The notes under the pieces are model-generated. The model saw nothing but the letters and a program-made list of their open reading frames with translations. It ran no database searches and was not told where the DNA came from. Source: an uncultured virus (IMG/VR IMGVR_UViG_3300022552_000007) (Duplodnaviria; Heunggongvirae; Uroviricota; Caudoviricetes). From it: a stretch of DNA of 64,000 nucleotides. This document shows positions 8,330 to 17,594 of this stretch, in pieces; within the stretch, counting starts at the first letter, position 1, and each line of letters opens with the position of its first letter. The position numbers were made by a program, and so were the translations under genes. The stretch lies in the IMG/VR virus record IMGVR_UViG_3300022552_000007; one strand, 5' to 3'.

Positions 8330-9703
8330 CTATTCACCTCCCTTCTCGTACTCTCGGATGTAGTCCACCACAGCCTCACTCCATCCGTCGATATGAACCC
8401 AAGGCCCATAACCAACACCGTTCTTGTATGTAGCTACATTGATCATATAGCCACGACCAATTGGGTCCAGAACCGAATTACAACTTTGTTCATCAGTAAT
8501 CACAATCAAACGATCAGGACGAAGGCCCTGCCCCTCGTAATAATAGGGGGTTCGCCAACCGAATGAACAATCAAGTGATGCCCCCCGCTTTGCGTAAACT
8601 GCTTTGACCGCTGTCCACAGCGGTGTTCCTCTATGCTCTTGGCTGTTAACGATAGCATCCCGCAAAGCAAACCCACGACGTGCGGGAACTGCCACCAATT
8701 TTTCTGAAAAGGTCAAAACAGTAACATCTTCACAAACTTCCCGCAAAAGCATGGCAACGCCGCAGCCAGCATCAAGCCGCGAAATCTCGGACCCTGTGGA
8801 AACCTTACTCTCCATTGACCCCGAAACATCCAGCAACAAAACAGTGTGACCAGGAATGGGCTCATGTGTTGACAAACACATGAGCATTGCCGCTTCCAGT
8901 TCCGGCTCAAGTTGAGGGGCGTGCCGTGCCGCAGAAATAAACCGAAAAGGCAAAACCCGGCCCACTTTCATGTTCATCAGAGCCGAGCGCACAAGTTGCT
9001 TGTCAACACCGGCCTTATCCATATTGCGAAGGTTGCGGAGCAACGCCAAGGCGCCCAGCCTATTTTCAGACAACAGTCGGGTCCACGCTGCCTTCTTGTT
9101 GGCACCGGATGACAAGGAAACTTCCCACGTATCCGGCGATTCAAGAGTGCCATCCACCAATTTCTTCCAGACAGCCTCCTGTTCCACATCCTTCGGCTTG
9201 GCGTGGCACAAAAATAGCGCATCGCGCAATTTCACTGCGCCGTCCCGATTGTATTTCGCCAACTGATATGCGTTGAATTTCTGAAATGCCCGCGCCAATC
9301 CCTTTTTTACCTGGGCGGAAAGCGGCTGGCGGCCATCCTTCCAATAAATGGAAAGAAATTCCGCCGGTTCGTCAGCCCGTTGAATGACGCGAAAAAGGGT
9401 TTCACCAACCAAATGTCTGTGGCTTTTATGGCGGGCCATTTCCCGAACAAGCAACAACGGCACATGGCGCAGCTTCATTTTTTCTCGCGCCTCGATAGCC
9501 ATTGCCGCCACTTTATCGGGGGCGACCTTGGGAACCAATTCCTGAATGCGCTCTGCGACATCCACGCCGTCCTCATAAAAGGACTTTTCCCAAAGCATGC
9601 ACGCCATTACTGACCGGCGAAGTTGCTGTTCTGCATTGATGTGTTTGGCGATACCGCCTTCATGGGTACGAATAGGGGCACGAGGAACATTGAGCTTTGC
9701 CAT
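8330..9703 (-). CDS. rsr: Ro60/Rsr RNA-binding protein (TROVE + vWA domains)
   Basis: EKSFYEDG, YQLAKY, TWEVSLS, ALLRNLRN, LPFRF, vWA MIDAS DVSGSM, VITDEQ; AAGGAG RBS before ATG 9703. Confidence 0.93.
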   Translation of the reverse strand: MAKLNVPRAPIRTHEGGIAKHINAEQQLRRSVMACMLWEKSFYEDGVDVAERIQELVPKVAPDKVAAMAIEAREKMKLRHVPLLLVREMARHKSHRHLVGETLFRVIQRADEPAEFLSIYWKDGRQPLSAQVKKGLARAFQKFNAYQLAKYNRDGAVKLRDALFLCHAKPKDVEQEAVWKKLVDGTLESPDTWEVSLSSGANKKAAWTRLLSENRLGALALLRNLRNMDKAGVDKQLVRSALMNMKVGRVLPFRFISAARHAPQLEPELEAAMLMCLSTHEPIPGHTVLLLDVSGSMESKVSTGSEISRLDAGCGVAMLLREVCEDVTVLTFSEKLVAVPARRGFALRDAIVNSQEHRGTPLWTAVKAVYAKRGASLDCSFGWRTPYYYEGQGLRPDRLIVITDEQSCNSVLDPIGRGYMINVATYKNGVGYGPWVHIDGWSEAVVDYIREYEKGGE

Positions 9704-9733
9704 CGTTTTTCTCCTTTGGTTAAGGATTGTAAA

Positions 9734-9802
9734 AAGCCGTGGAACAGGCCGACACGGCGTAGTTTCTCTCCTAGAAGTATCCGTATCGTTCGCCAACGGC
9801 TT
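9734..9802 (-). ncRNA. Minimal Y-RNA-like RNA (copy 3)
   Basis: AAGCCGT-TGGCGAA-CGATACGG-ATACTTC...CCGTGTCG-GCCTGTTCC-ACGGCTT; GNCGAA motif with two paired stems. Confidence 0.75.
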
Positions 9803-9805
9803 ATT

Positions 9806-9883
9806 TTTTGCGGAGGAAAAAGCGGCTGCGGGACTTTTCATATTAGCGGTATGATGTAACCGCAACCTTCGCCATCCGCAAAA
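9806..9883 (-). ncRNA. Minimal Y-RNA-like RNA (copy 2)
   Basis: TTTTGCGGA-TGGCGAA-GGTTGCGG-TTACATC...CCGCAGCC-GCTTTTTCC-TCCGCAAAA. Confidence 0.75.
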
Positions 9884-9888
9884 TCGAA

Positions 9889-10030
9889 TCACTGGGGAAT
9901 TGTCGGAAACGGACTTTTTACTATGGCTCTGCCAACTGAGCTACTTCTTGGGACTTCTCCCAAGAAGATGGGATTCGAACCCATGACCTATAGTTCCAAT
10001 TGAAGTATCCGCCTCCTACGCCACCAGTGA
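9889..10030 (-). ncRNA. yrlA: YrlA-type Y RNA with permuted tRNA-like domain
   Basis: Terminal stem TCACTGG/CCAGTGA; T-arm ATGGG-TTCGAAT-CCCAT, then loop-capped acceptor-like stem CTTCTTGGGA-GAAG-TCCCAAGAAG, then D-arm TAGCTCAGTTGGCAGAGC; upstream of rsr. Confidence 0.88.
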
Positions 10031-10068
10031 ATTTTTAAAAGAGCTTCATTTCATTCTGTCGTACATAT

Positions 10069-10098
10069 ATTATACAGATGGCAATGGTTTTGATTACA
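10069..10098 (-). promoter_or_regulatory. Putative promoter for the Y RNA-rsr unit
   Basis: TGTAATCAAAACCATTGCCATCTGTATAAT; perfect TATAAT; resembles 13783-13814. Confidence 0.5.
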
Positions 10099-10101
10099 GT
10101 T

Positions 10102-12717
10102 TTATGGAATTATTTTGTATTCTTTCTTCTGATACCAATTACCGTCAACCGGTGTCACGTCAATCTCGATTTCCAACGGCACGATGATCCAAGGCCACAA
10201 CTCCCGCAATTTCTCACACCACAGATAATGGACCATTTTGGCGAATTCCTCCAACTCATCCGGCGGCACTGAAAATAGCCCCGAATCGTGGATTTGCCCG
10301 CAAGGCAAAATGCCACTATCGCTTTCTTTGATCTCTTCATGGGTCAGCTTCTTGGCTTTGAGCAAACAATGGAATGCAGGGCCTTGAATTGGATAATTCA
10401 CCACTTCGTTTTTGCGCATTGGCCCTTGACACCGAAACCCCGTCAAGGTGTCAAAATATCCAACGCGCAGATACTTCCGCCAGAAATTCATTTTCCAGTT
10501 GGCATACCCACGGAAACGCACGCCCCAAAAGATTTCATCAACTTCGCGTATGTGTCGTATGAATTTTTCAGCAGTCTTCAACCCATGCTTGGCCAAGTGC
10601 TTGCGAAGCGGTACGCCTTGTGCGGTTTTGAGTTCTGCTGATGCCTTCCACAAATCTGGACCGGTATTGGCCCAATAGCTGCCGTAAAATGAAGCGAAAA
10701 CGTAGCCGCCCTTGACCGCTTGTCGTATGGGCTTACTGATTTCATCTAGTTCTAGCTTGTAGCAGTCCAGCGCTGTATCCCGGTGCATATCGGTGGACTT
10801 ATCTGTGATATAGGTAATCATGTTGGGGTCTTTGTGCACGCACGCGCTGACGCGCACCTCCGCCCCGCTATAATCCACCTCCACCAAGTGGTGCCCGGCC
10901 CTTGGGCACACTGCCCGGCGACATGCCCGCTGCGCCATCTTGTCCCGTATAGGCACATTTTGCATATTGGGATTGCTCGAACTGGAGCGAAAAGTGCGGG
11001 CGACATCCAAATGATAAAATGGGCGCATGACGCCATCCGGTCCCACTTCCCGTTCCCATCCGGTCAAATAGGTTCCGGACAGCTTTTCCAGCTTCCGCAT
11101 TTCCAATATGTCTTCCACCAACGGTACATCACCCGCCAATTCACTTAGCGCTTCCACATTAACACTGGGGTTCCCTTTGGCGGTGGAATACATGGAAGGT
11201 AGCTGCATTTCTTGAAACAAAATATTGGCTAATTGTGGATTGCTGTTGAAATTCGTCTTCTCCCCATATTTTTGTCGCCACATCTTTCCTTCGGGGCTGT
11301 CTTCTATGCGCTGAAGCACGGCAGCTATGCGGCGTTTGAAGTGCTCTTTCTGTTGGCGGATATAGGTGCGGTCCACCACCACGCCATTTTCTTCATCGTC
11401 AGCCAGTGTTTGTGCCCCTTCCAACAGAAGCTGAATACCTTCCCACGGTGCTTTTCCTGCGTCGAAACATCGACCCTGGATATCAGCAATCTGCGCTGTA
11501 CATATAACATCCATGCCGCAGTAGCGCAGCAGTTTTTCCCTAGGCGCATCCAGCACTCGGTTCATGCCCAACGATGAGTCAGCCTTTAAGAACGGCGAAA
11601 TATCGCTGCTATAATCAACCACGCCCAATTGGATGTAGGTTTGGAATTTTAAGCCAGAGATATTACCCCGATTGTCCAGGCAATGCGCGGCCAGCATCGT
11701 ATCCCAACGCCAACCGTTCACCGACGTTCCCAAACACACACGGCTCCACCGTTCTTCGAACGCGATGTTGTGGGCTATCTTGCCCTGATCTGATGCTAAA
11801 AACTCAGCCAGCAACGGTTCCAGCCGCGGCGACATTTGAAAAACCACTGAATGCCCCTCTTCCCAGCCGCCCATACCTACGCAGACGATTTGGTGCCCCG
11901 GCGCATTGGGCTTCAGCCCCGTGGTTTCGTAATCAAACACTATCGGATTGTGGTGTTCGTAGATATCGAACGAAAGTAGCCGGGCAGCTTGCCGCTCTGT
12001 GAGGATTTCCACGTTTTCAGCTTTGGGGCATTCGGGCCACGGTCGGCGTGCATCAATCAAATCAGCAAATCGTTCAATATCCAGGCCGAAGTATAAGGAC
12101 ACTTGTGGGTCGTTGCCCCGTTCGCACCGCAGTACGTAACTGGGATGGAAGGTTGGGCATACCCATGCCCCTAATTCCTGATCTGGTATTTGCCAACCGC
12201 GCCAACGGCCAATGCCGCCCAAGCTGCCTTCACCATCATGCCAACGATGTCCCAACAGCGATTCTATCCCCACAGCGCCCAATACCAGGATGAACCGGGG
12301 TTTAAGCTCTTCGATGGCCCTCAGAACTCGTGGACGGCAGGCGGCAATTTCTTGCCCAGTTGGCGTTCTGTTTTTCGGCGGACGGCAACTGACGGCATTT
12401 ATTAACCAACAATCTTCATATAGGTCAATATCATACCGTAACAACTCTTTGGCAATACGCCTTCCTGCATTGCCGATAAGCTGCCGACCAATCGGCTCTC
12501 TGCCTTCTTCCTCCGCAATAATCAATTCTTCGGCATAGGCGTTGTCTTCCTCAGCCCCCGATGCTTCTGCTAATACTAAGATTTTGCGCTTGCCAAGTCC
12601 TCCAACGGCCATCATCGGCCCCTTGCATGTTTCCTGAAGGCCACAAGGACACGTTGTTTTTTTCGTCGTGGTTCTTTTTTTAGTCGGCACTTCTGCCGCA
12701 AAAAATCCTTTTACCAT
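10102..12717 (-). CDS. Family A DNA polymerase with N-terminal uracil-DNA glycosylase (family 4-like) domain and 3'-5' exonuclease
   Basis: UDG: LVLAEASG, NAVSCRPPKNRTP, TFHPSYVLR; Exo: DYETTGL, HNIAFE; Pol: PNMQN, DYSGAEVR, RQAVK...F...YG, NYPIQG, IHDS. Confidence 0.93.
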   Translation of the reverse strand: MVKGFFAAEVPTKKRTTTKKTTCPCGLQETCKGPMMAVGGLGKRKILVLAEASGAEEDNAYAEELIIAEEEGREPIGRQLIGNAGRRIAKELLRYDIDLYEDCWLINAVSCRPPKNRTPTGQEIAACRPRVLRAIEELKPRFILVLGAVGIESLLGHRWHDGEGSLGGIGRWRGWQIPDQELGAWVCPTFHPSYVLRCERGNDPQVSLYFGLDIERFADLIDARRPWPECPKAENVEILTERQAARLLSFDIYEHHNPIVFDYETTGLKPNAPGHQIVCVGMGGWEEGHSVVFQMSPRLEPLLAEFLASDQGKIAHNIAFEERWSRVCLGTSVNGWRWDTMLAAHCLDNRGNISGLKFQTYIQLGVVDYSSDISPFLKADSSLGMNRVLDAPREKLLRYCGMDVICTAQIADIQGRCFDAGKAPWEGIQLLLEGAQTLADDEENGVVVDRTYIRQQKEHFKRRIAAVLQRIEDSPEGKMWRQKYGEKTNFNSNPQLANILFQEMQLPSMYSTAKGNPSVNVEALSELAGDVPLVEDILEMRKLEKLSGTYLTGWEREVGPDGVMRPFYHLDVARTFRSSSSNPNMQNVPIRDKMAQRACRRAVCPRAGHHLVEVDYSGAEVRVSACVHKDPNMITYITDKSTDMHRDTALDCYKLELDEISKPIRQAVKGGYVFASFYGSYWANTGPDLWKASAELKTAQGVPLRKHLAKHGLKTAEKFIRHIREVDEIFWGVRFRGYANWKMNFWRKYLRVGYFDTLTGFRCQGPMRKNEVVNYPIQGPAFHCLLKAKKLTHEEIKESDSGILPCGQIHDSGLFSVPPDELEEFAKMVHYLWCEKLRELWPWIIVPLEIEIDVTPVDGNWYQKKEYKIIP

Positions 12718-12791
12718 ATCGCCTCCGCTAAGAAAATGGCGGCGAAAAACATTCCGCCGCCATCCATTTCCTACCGCAACAAAATAAAAAC

Positions 12792-13715
12792 CTACTTTTT
12801 GGCAGTGTAGATATCCTTGCCATAGAGGCGCTTGAGCACGGCAGAGACAGTTGCGACATACCACTTTGCGTGGACAAGATTATCCGTACCGCCGTGATCA
12901 ACATACAATTGGTTGGCGCGAATAGCCAACTCCTTCTTGGTGCAAGGACCCATCAGGATCGCGTCCGCAACGGCGTCATTTCTGGTGTACCGCTTGCCCT
13001 TCCTTCTGCCGCGGCCCATGGCCCTTGCTTCTTCCTCGGACTCATCATCGGCCTCGGCTTCTTTCGATACATCGTTGGTCTTCGTGGCTTTCGTGGCTTG
13101 AATATCTTTTTTGACCTTTTCTCGCAGCTTTTCGGTGTCTTTGTGCAAATTTCGCCGAGCCACCTCAGCAGCTCGCACACCCACCTGAACTTCCGGCAAC
13201 GCAATCCCCAACTGCTCCAAAATTTCCAGTGTTTCAAGAGACAGATACGGACCGCCTCCTTCTGCATCAAAGCGTTCTTGAACAGGCGTCCCCTTTGTAA
13301 ACGCTTTGGCGGCAATGATGTCCGTTGAAGTGATCAATGCGGCAACATCCGCAATTTCGTTGGCCAGTTCTTTTGCTGGTGAGTCATCGTTCGCCAGGAT
13401 GGGCGGGTCGGGCACCAAACAAGCATTCAGGTCGTCAGCCACAAGAAGCAGATCACCGAAAGAAACCCCATTCAGACTGTCCACCGATTCATTGAGAACT
13501 TCGGCGGGGACCTCAGCAGAAATTTCCTCTTTGACCACCCGTTGCTTTTTCATTTTTGCGGCTTCGGGAATCGCCCCGACCTTTTTGCGAGTCGTTTTCG
13601 TCTTGGCTGCCTTCGGTGCTTTTTTGGGACGACCCGAATGTTTCTTGGCTGTCTTGGCGGCTGTCTTGGCGGCTGTCTTGGCGGCTGTCTTGGTCCACGC
13701 TTTTTCTTTTGCCAT
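12792..13715 (-). CDS. Hypothetical protein with Lys/Ala-rich histone-H1-like N-terminus
   Basis: KTAA repeats (12-bp DNA repeat); AAGGAGG RBS before ATG 13715. Confidence 0.65.
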   Translation of the reverse strand: MAKEKAWTKTAAKTAAKTAAKTAKKHSGRPKKAPKAAKTKTTRKKVGAIPEAAKMKKQRVVKEEISAEVPAEVLNESVDSLNGVSFGDLLLVADDLNACLVPDPPILANDDSPAKELANEIADVAALITSTDIIAAKAFTKGTPVQERFDAEGGGPYLSLETLEILEQLGIALPEVQVGVRAAEVARRNLHKDTEKLREKVKKDIQATKATKTNDVSKEAEADDESEEEARAMGRGRRKGKRYTRNDAVADAILMGPCTKKELAIRANQLYVDHGGTDNLVHAKWYVATVSAVLKRLYGKDIYTAKK

Positions 13716-13782
13716 CTTTATCCTCCTTGTTTTGGTTAAATCAACAACAAAATTTATAACGAAATTTATCGTGCTCAAATAT

Positions 13783-13814
13783 ATTATACAAAGCAATAGT
13801 TATTTTTGTTACAA
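13783..13814 (-). promoter_or_regulatory. Putative promoter
   Basis: TTGTAACAAAAATAACTATTGCTTTGTATAAT in an AT-rich intergenic gap. Confidence 0.45.
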
Positions 13815-13819
13815 AAAAT

Positions 13820-14053
13820 TTATACCGGACCGGTGCTTCTGAACCCTGACACCCGATATTCAATAGCATCTATGCCCGTATTTATTGTATAGCAATCTCG
13901 ACATAGACGAGTGAGTACTTGAAAATTTACTGTTGTTGGCTTGCGGGGCAGCTTTTTTCCACACCGTTGACAATAAAGAAAAACCCGCATTCCACGCCAT
14001 TCCCTAGTGGTCCGTGGAATTCTTTTTTTCATTGCATTCCTCACTTTAGCCAA
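13820..14053 (-). CDS. Small zinc-ribbon protein
   Basis: CQRC...CRDC. Confidence 0.5.
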   Translation of the reverse strand: MAKVRNAMKKRIPRTTREWRGMRVFLYCQRCGKKLPRKPTTVNFQVLTRLCRDCYTINTGIDAIEYRVSGFRSTGPV

Positions 14054-15567
14054 TAGCTGTTCAAAAGTGGCCTAGACATCGGTAAGCATTGAAGACAAAC
14101 CACGTTGGTGTGATTGTCAAAATCGTCCTCACGCACTACCAATTGACTTACCCGCATCAATCCAGCTCGTTTCTCCTCAATAGTTTGGTTCAGTGCCAAC
14201 ATACTAGTCACATGGCCCAATTTACGTTTGTCTTCGCTGACATCGCTCATATCCTGGTTGCTTTTTTGATAACTAGTTTTGGCGGCTTGGGTAGCAGTGA
14301 TAACAGCAATTGAACGTTCAGTGGACAATCCTCGCAACGCTGCCCACGTAGCGTTGATCCGATGTCGAGTTTCAGCTTCCCGCAAATCTTCGGAAGCCAA
14401 AATATCTGCGTAATCAATCACCACTACATCCGCAACCCATCCATCCCGCTTTTCCCATAGATCAAGCATAGTGCGAATGGTACGAACGTTGGCTTGGTTA
14501 CTCGGATAGCACATGAGGCGGATGGTCTTTCCGCCGGTGCGGCGGGATAGCTGTTGAAGGTAGGCTTGAGCGCGGGCAAGATTGAAATCGGGCACCCGTT
14601 CCCGTTTATACCACCGTGATCCGACGAAGCGCCGAGGATCTTCCTTCAAACACCTTGTACAGGGCTCATGATCCGGAACTTCATCCAGTTCCAGCAATTT
14701 TCCGTCATTCAACATGACCACGTCTTGATCTGGACAGTCCCGGCATTCGCCCGTTTGGTTCAACCGACAATCCAATACGGGCACCAATGTATTGCGTCCT
14801 GAACGTTTTTTACTGCTGCGAAGCACCCATCCATATACCCGTCGCCAATTTTGCGGTGCGGACATATCGCCGACGGAAAAGAAAGCCACGTTACAGCGAT
14901 TCAGCACGGCCCGCAAGGCGAATTCCCACAACCACCAGGTCTTGCCTCTCTTTTCCGGAGCTTGTATGCCAATAAAGCTATCGCGTTCTATCGGCCCAAT
15001 CAGATTTCCCACTGCTCCGGGAAACCGGAACAACACATCACCATCGGTAAAAATGGCTTCCTGCTGTTCTTCCGACAAACGAAAGGGATCAGACCAACTG
15101 ATCCCTTCCCGTACCACTGGCTTGTACCCAGCCAGCACCAACTCTGCGTCTTCCACGTTTTCTGTGCTGGCCAATGTCACCAAATCTTCGCCCAGCGCCA
15201 GCAACGACCGGCTGCGCATGAGCCTTTCCATCTGTTGAAGCAGATAACGATGGTTCAAATTTGGATTGGCAATATACTCATTGGACAATCCGGCAAGCAG
15301 TGTTTCAATTTCCGGAGCCTGTTCATCGGCGACTTCCTGAGCACGGCGCTTGCTTTCATAAATGTCCTGTATGTGAACAGCGGGGGGCTTGCCATACTCG
15401 CTCCAATATCTCACGCACCACTTAGCCAAGGTGCGAAGAGCTGGAACACGAAACAAATCTGGCCGAAACATCGGAGCTGCTTCAGCCAGGAACTCGGCAC
15501 TGACAATCATCCCAATGACGATCCGGCGCTCTAGACTCGCGTCAAATTTCCTTATTTCGTAATCCAT
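14041..15567 (-). CDS. Replicative DnaB-like (SF4) helicase
   Basis: Walker A APEKRGKT, VVIDYADIL, ITATQA, SEDKRK. Confidence 0.85.
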   Translation of the reverse strand: MDYEIRKFDASLERRIVIGMIVSAEFLAEAAPMFRPDLFRVPALRTLAKWCVRYWSEYGKPPAVHIQDIYESKRRAQEVADEQAPEIETLLAGLSNEYIANPNLNHRYLLQQMERLMRSRSLLALGEDLVTLASTENVEDAELVLAGYKPVVREGISWSDPFRLSEEQQEAIFTDGDVLFRFPGAVGNLIGPIERDSFIGIQAPEKRGKTWWLWEFALRAVLNRCNVAFFSVGDMSAPQNWRRVYGWVLRSSKKRSGRNTLVPVLDCRLNQTGECRDCPDQDVVMLNDGKLLELDEVPDHEPCTRCLKEDPRRFVGSRWYKRERVPDFNLARAQAYLQQLSRRTGGKTIRLMCYPSNQANVRTIRTMLDLWEKRDGWVADVVVIDYADILASEDLREAETRHRINATWAALRGLSTERSIAVITATQAAKTSYQKSNQDMSDVSEDKRKLGHVTSMLALNQTIEEKRAGLMRVSQLVVREDDFDNHTNVVCLQCLPMSRPLLNSYWLK

Positions 15568-15569
15568 GA

Positions 15570-16370
15570 TTATTGAGGACCTCCAAAAGTGGCCGAAAAT
15601 CTGCGCCATAAACGACCGCTTGGTGGACAAATATTATAATTGGGACTCCGTATGCCTTGTTCCAGCAACCAACGAGCCATCATCCTACCAAAGCCCTCCA
15701 ATCCACCCGATATATGTACCAGCAATGGATTACTTTCACAAAGCATATTATACTGCTTGGCGATGCTTTCTGCGACAGTGGCACTGATGCCAATGCCCAT
15801 TTCCCGCAATGGGGCAGCTACCGTCTGTGCTTGTGGACTGGCATTTTCCCAATGCTCTTCCGTTGTTTTTTCAAAAAAACTTTTTGGCTTAGGCATGCAG
15901 CGGGCAAGAACCAACATACTACTGGCCGTCCTGCGGTTATAGATGGCATCCTCCATGCTGATTCTAGCAAGCCAGGAATTGGGACCGGGCCACATCCCAG
16001 GCTCCACCATAACATTGATCATACGGATTGCGCGTTTGATAACTACCGGTGCCCACGGTTCATATAACACCTTTTCTGGAATGTTGTGTTTAGCTATCCA
16101 TTTGGAATCCCACTTCTTTTTCCTACTAAAGCCTCTTAGTAATTCCTCAGCCGCGGAACCACTTCGAATATAGACTTTAGCCTTTGGATCTTTGTGTTTT
16201 CTTAGGTTTTTTTGGAGATTCCAGTACTCAACCCAAGGGTTTGGAGTGTTTATTTGTTTTTTTCTAGTTTTTGCACAGGATTCTAGAGGTTTGGCATGGC
16301 GATAAATTGATGTTTTTAATGGAGTGTTTGTTTGTTTTTTCAAAACAACCTCCTTGGTGCATAAAAACAT
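15570..16370 (-). CDS. Hypothetical protein, possibly replication-associated
   Basis: 266-aa ORF between primase and helicase; no recognised motif. Confidence 0.55.
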   Translation of the reverse strand: MFLCTKEVVLKKQTNTPLKTSIYRHAKPLESCAKTRKKQINTPNPWVEYWNLQKNLRKHKDPKAKVYIRSGSAAEELLRGFSRKKKWDSKWIAKHNIPEKVLYEPWAPVVIKRAIRMINVMVEPGMWPGPNSWLARISMEDAIYNRRTASSMLVLARCMPKPKSFFEKTTEEHWENASPQAQTVAAPLREMGIGISATVAESIAKQYNMLCESNPLLVHISGGLEGFGRMMARWLLEQGIRSPNYNICPPSGRLWRRFSATFGGPQ

Positions 16371-16655
16371 TGTAAGTCATTGTTTTGTTTGGCAATTTGT
16401 TATCTTGTGTTGCGTTTCGTCGTGTAACTCACTGTTTTTATTGCGTTTTATGCCTTAATTTTCACTTAAACTGACGCATAACTTATTCCATGCATTCATA
16501 TATACTACGTATATATTCATTTATTCCATAAGTTATGTATTTTATTTATTATTATTTATTTTAACGCACGCACGCGCACGCGCGTTATAAGAGCCTGGAA
16601 ATTTTTAGTGAATCCAACGAGTTACAACTGGCCATTTTTGCCATGTCTCCAACGA

Positions 16656-17594
16656 TTACCAATTTCCCAATAATAGCTCGTTGCGAATTTCCACGACCTC
16701 GTGCTTGCTCAATTCGCCGGGATCTTTTCCATTGGGCAGGATGACTTGTTTTGTATCCACCCCGAGGCCACTCATTCTCCACGCTAGTTTTTCTCCGGCA
16801 GCTTTTCCAGCTTCATCACCATCAAGCATGATGAACAGGCGACGAAATTTTTTCAGTAGTGCAATTTGGGCTGACGATACCTGATCACCGAATATCGCCA
16901 ATGCCCCCGGTCCGATTCGCCAGACGTCTGCCGGGCCTTCCACGACGATGGCGGTAGGTCCAACGATATGAGTGCCGCCAATTGGGCCGTCCCATCCATA
17001 CAAAAGATTTTTGTGGTGGATCTGCTCCTGGTTTTTTGGGCAAGCGCGGTACTTGTCCGGTCTGTTGCCAATGGATCTGGTGGTATAACTGACCAGATTC
17101 CGTTCAAAATAGATCGGGATGATGATCCGCCATCGCCATCTTGGCTCGGCGGTGTGATCTGTTCCTTTCAGCCCCCACATTTCCACCAATTCATTCGGGT
17201 TGAACCCTCTGGAGCGTAGGTAGGCTTCATGAGAGCGCGATAACGGCCTTGTTTTTTTCGGCAGACGGGTACGTATAGGTCTGCCCGAGATCGTGGCGTC
17301 TGCGCGTTCTGAGAATGCCCTGTGCACCTTGTACGTGCTGAGCAGTGCCCGCACCTTGTGCTCGGAGATATTCAGCACTTCCGCCAGGGCCGTTATTTGC
17401 GGCTTCCATCCACAGCGCCAGCAATAGAAATAATCATTGGTCAGATTATACCCCAAGTGGAAATTCCGGGACCCAGTGCAAAATGGGCAATGGGTGTTGA
17501 TCCATCCTTCCCGGTAATGTTTATTGCCTCGCGGCGCTGTGGGGATGTGCCGGTCTTGGTATAGCGCCGCGAGGTCTATCGGAATGTTTTTCAT
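16656..17594 (-). CDS. DNA primase (zinc finger + TOPRIM)
   Basis: CPFC...CWRC, IVVEGPAD, MLDGDEAG, KDPGE. Confidence 0.9.
   Translation of the reverse strand: MKNIPIDLAALYQDRHIPTAPRGNKHYREGWINTHCPFCTGSRNFHLGYNLTNDYFYCWRCGWKPQITALAEVLNISEHKVRALLSTYKVHRAFSERADATISGRPIRTRLPKKTRPLSRSHEAYLRSRGFNPNELVEMWGLKGTDHTAEPRWRWRIIIPIYFERNLVSYTTRSIGNRPDKYRACPKNQEQIHHKNLLYGWDGPIGGTHIVGPTAIVVEGPADVWRIGPGALAIFGDQVSSAQIALLKKFRRLFIMLDGDEAGKAAGEKLAWRMSGLGVDTKQVILPNGKDPGELSKHEVVEIRNELLLGNW

Noticed and set aside
9704..9892. N-terminal extension of Ro60 in the ORF track
   Set aside because: A strong RBS precedes ATG 9703, and the extension overlaps the structured RNAs.
9915..9995. Canonical tRNA gene
   Set aside because: T-arm precedes D-arm, the acceptor-like stem is loop-closed, and there is no anticodon loop or CCA. 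It fits YrlA instead.
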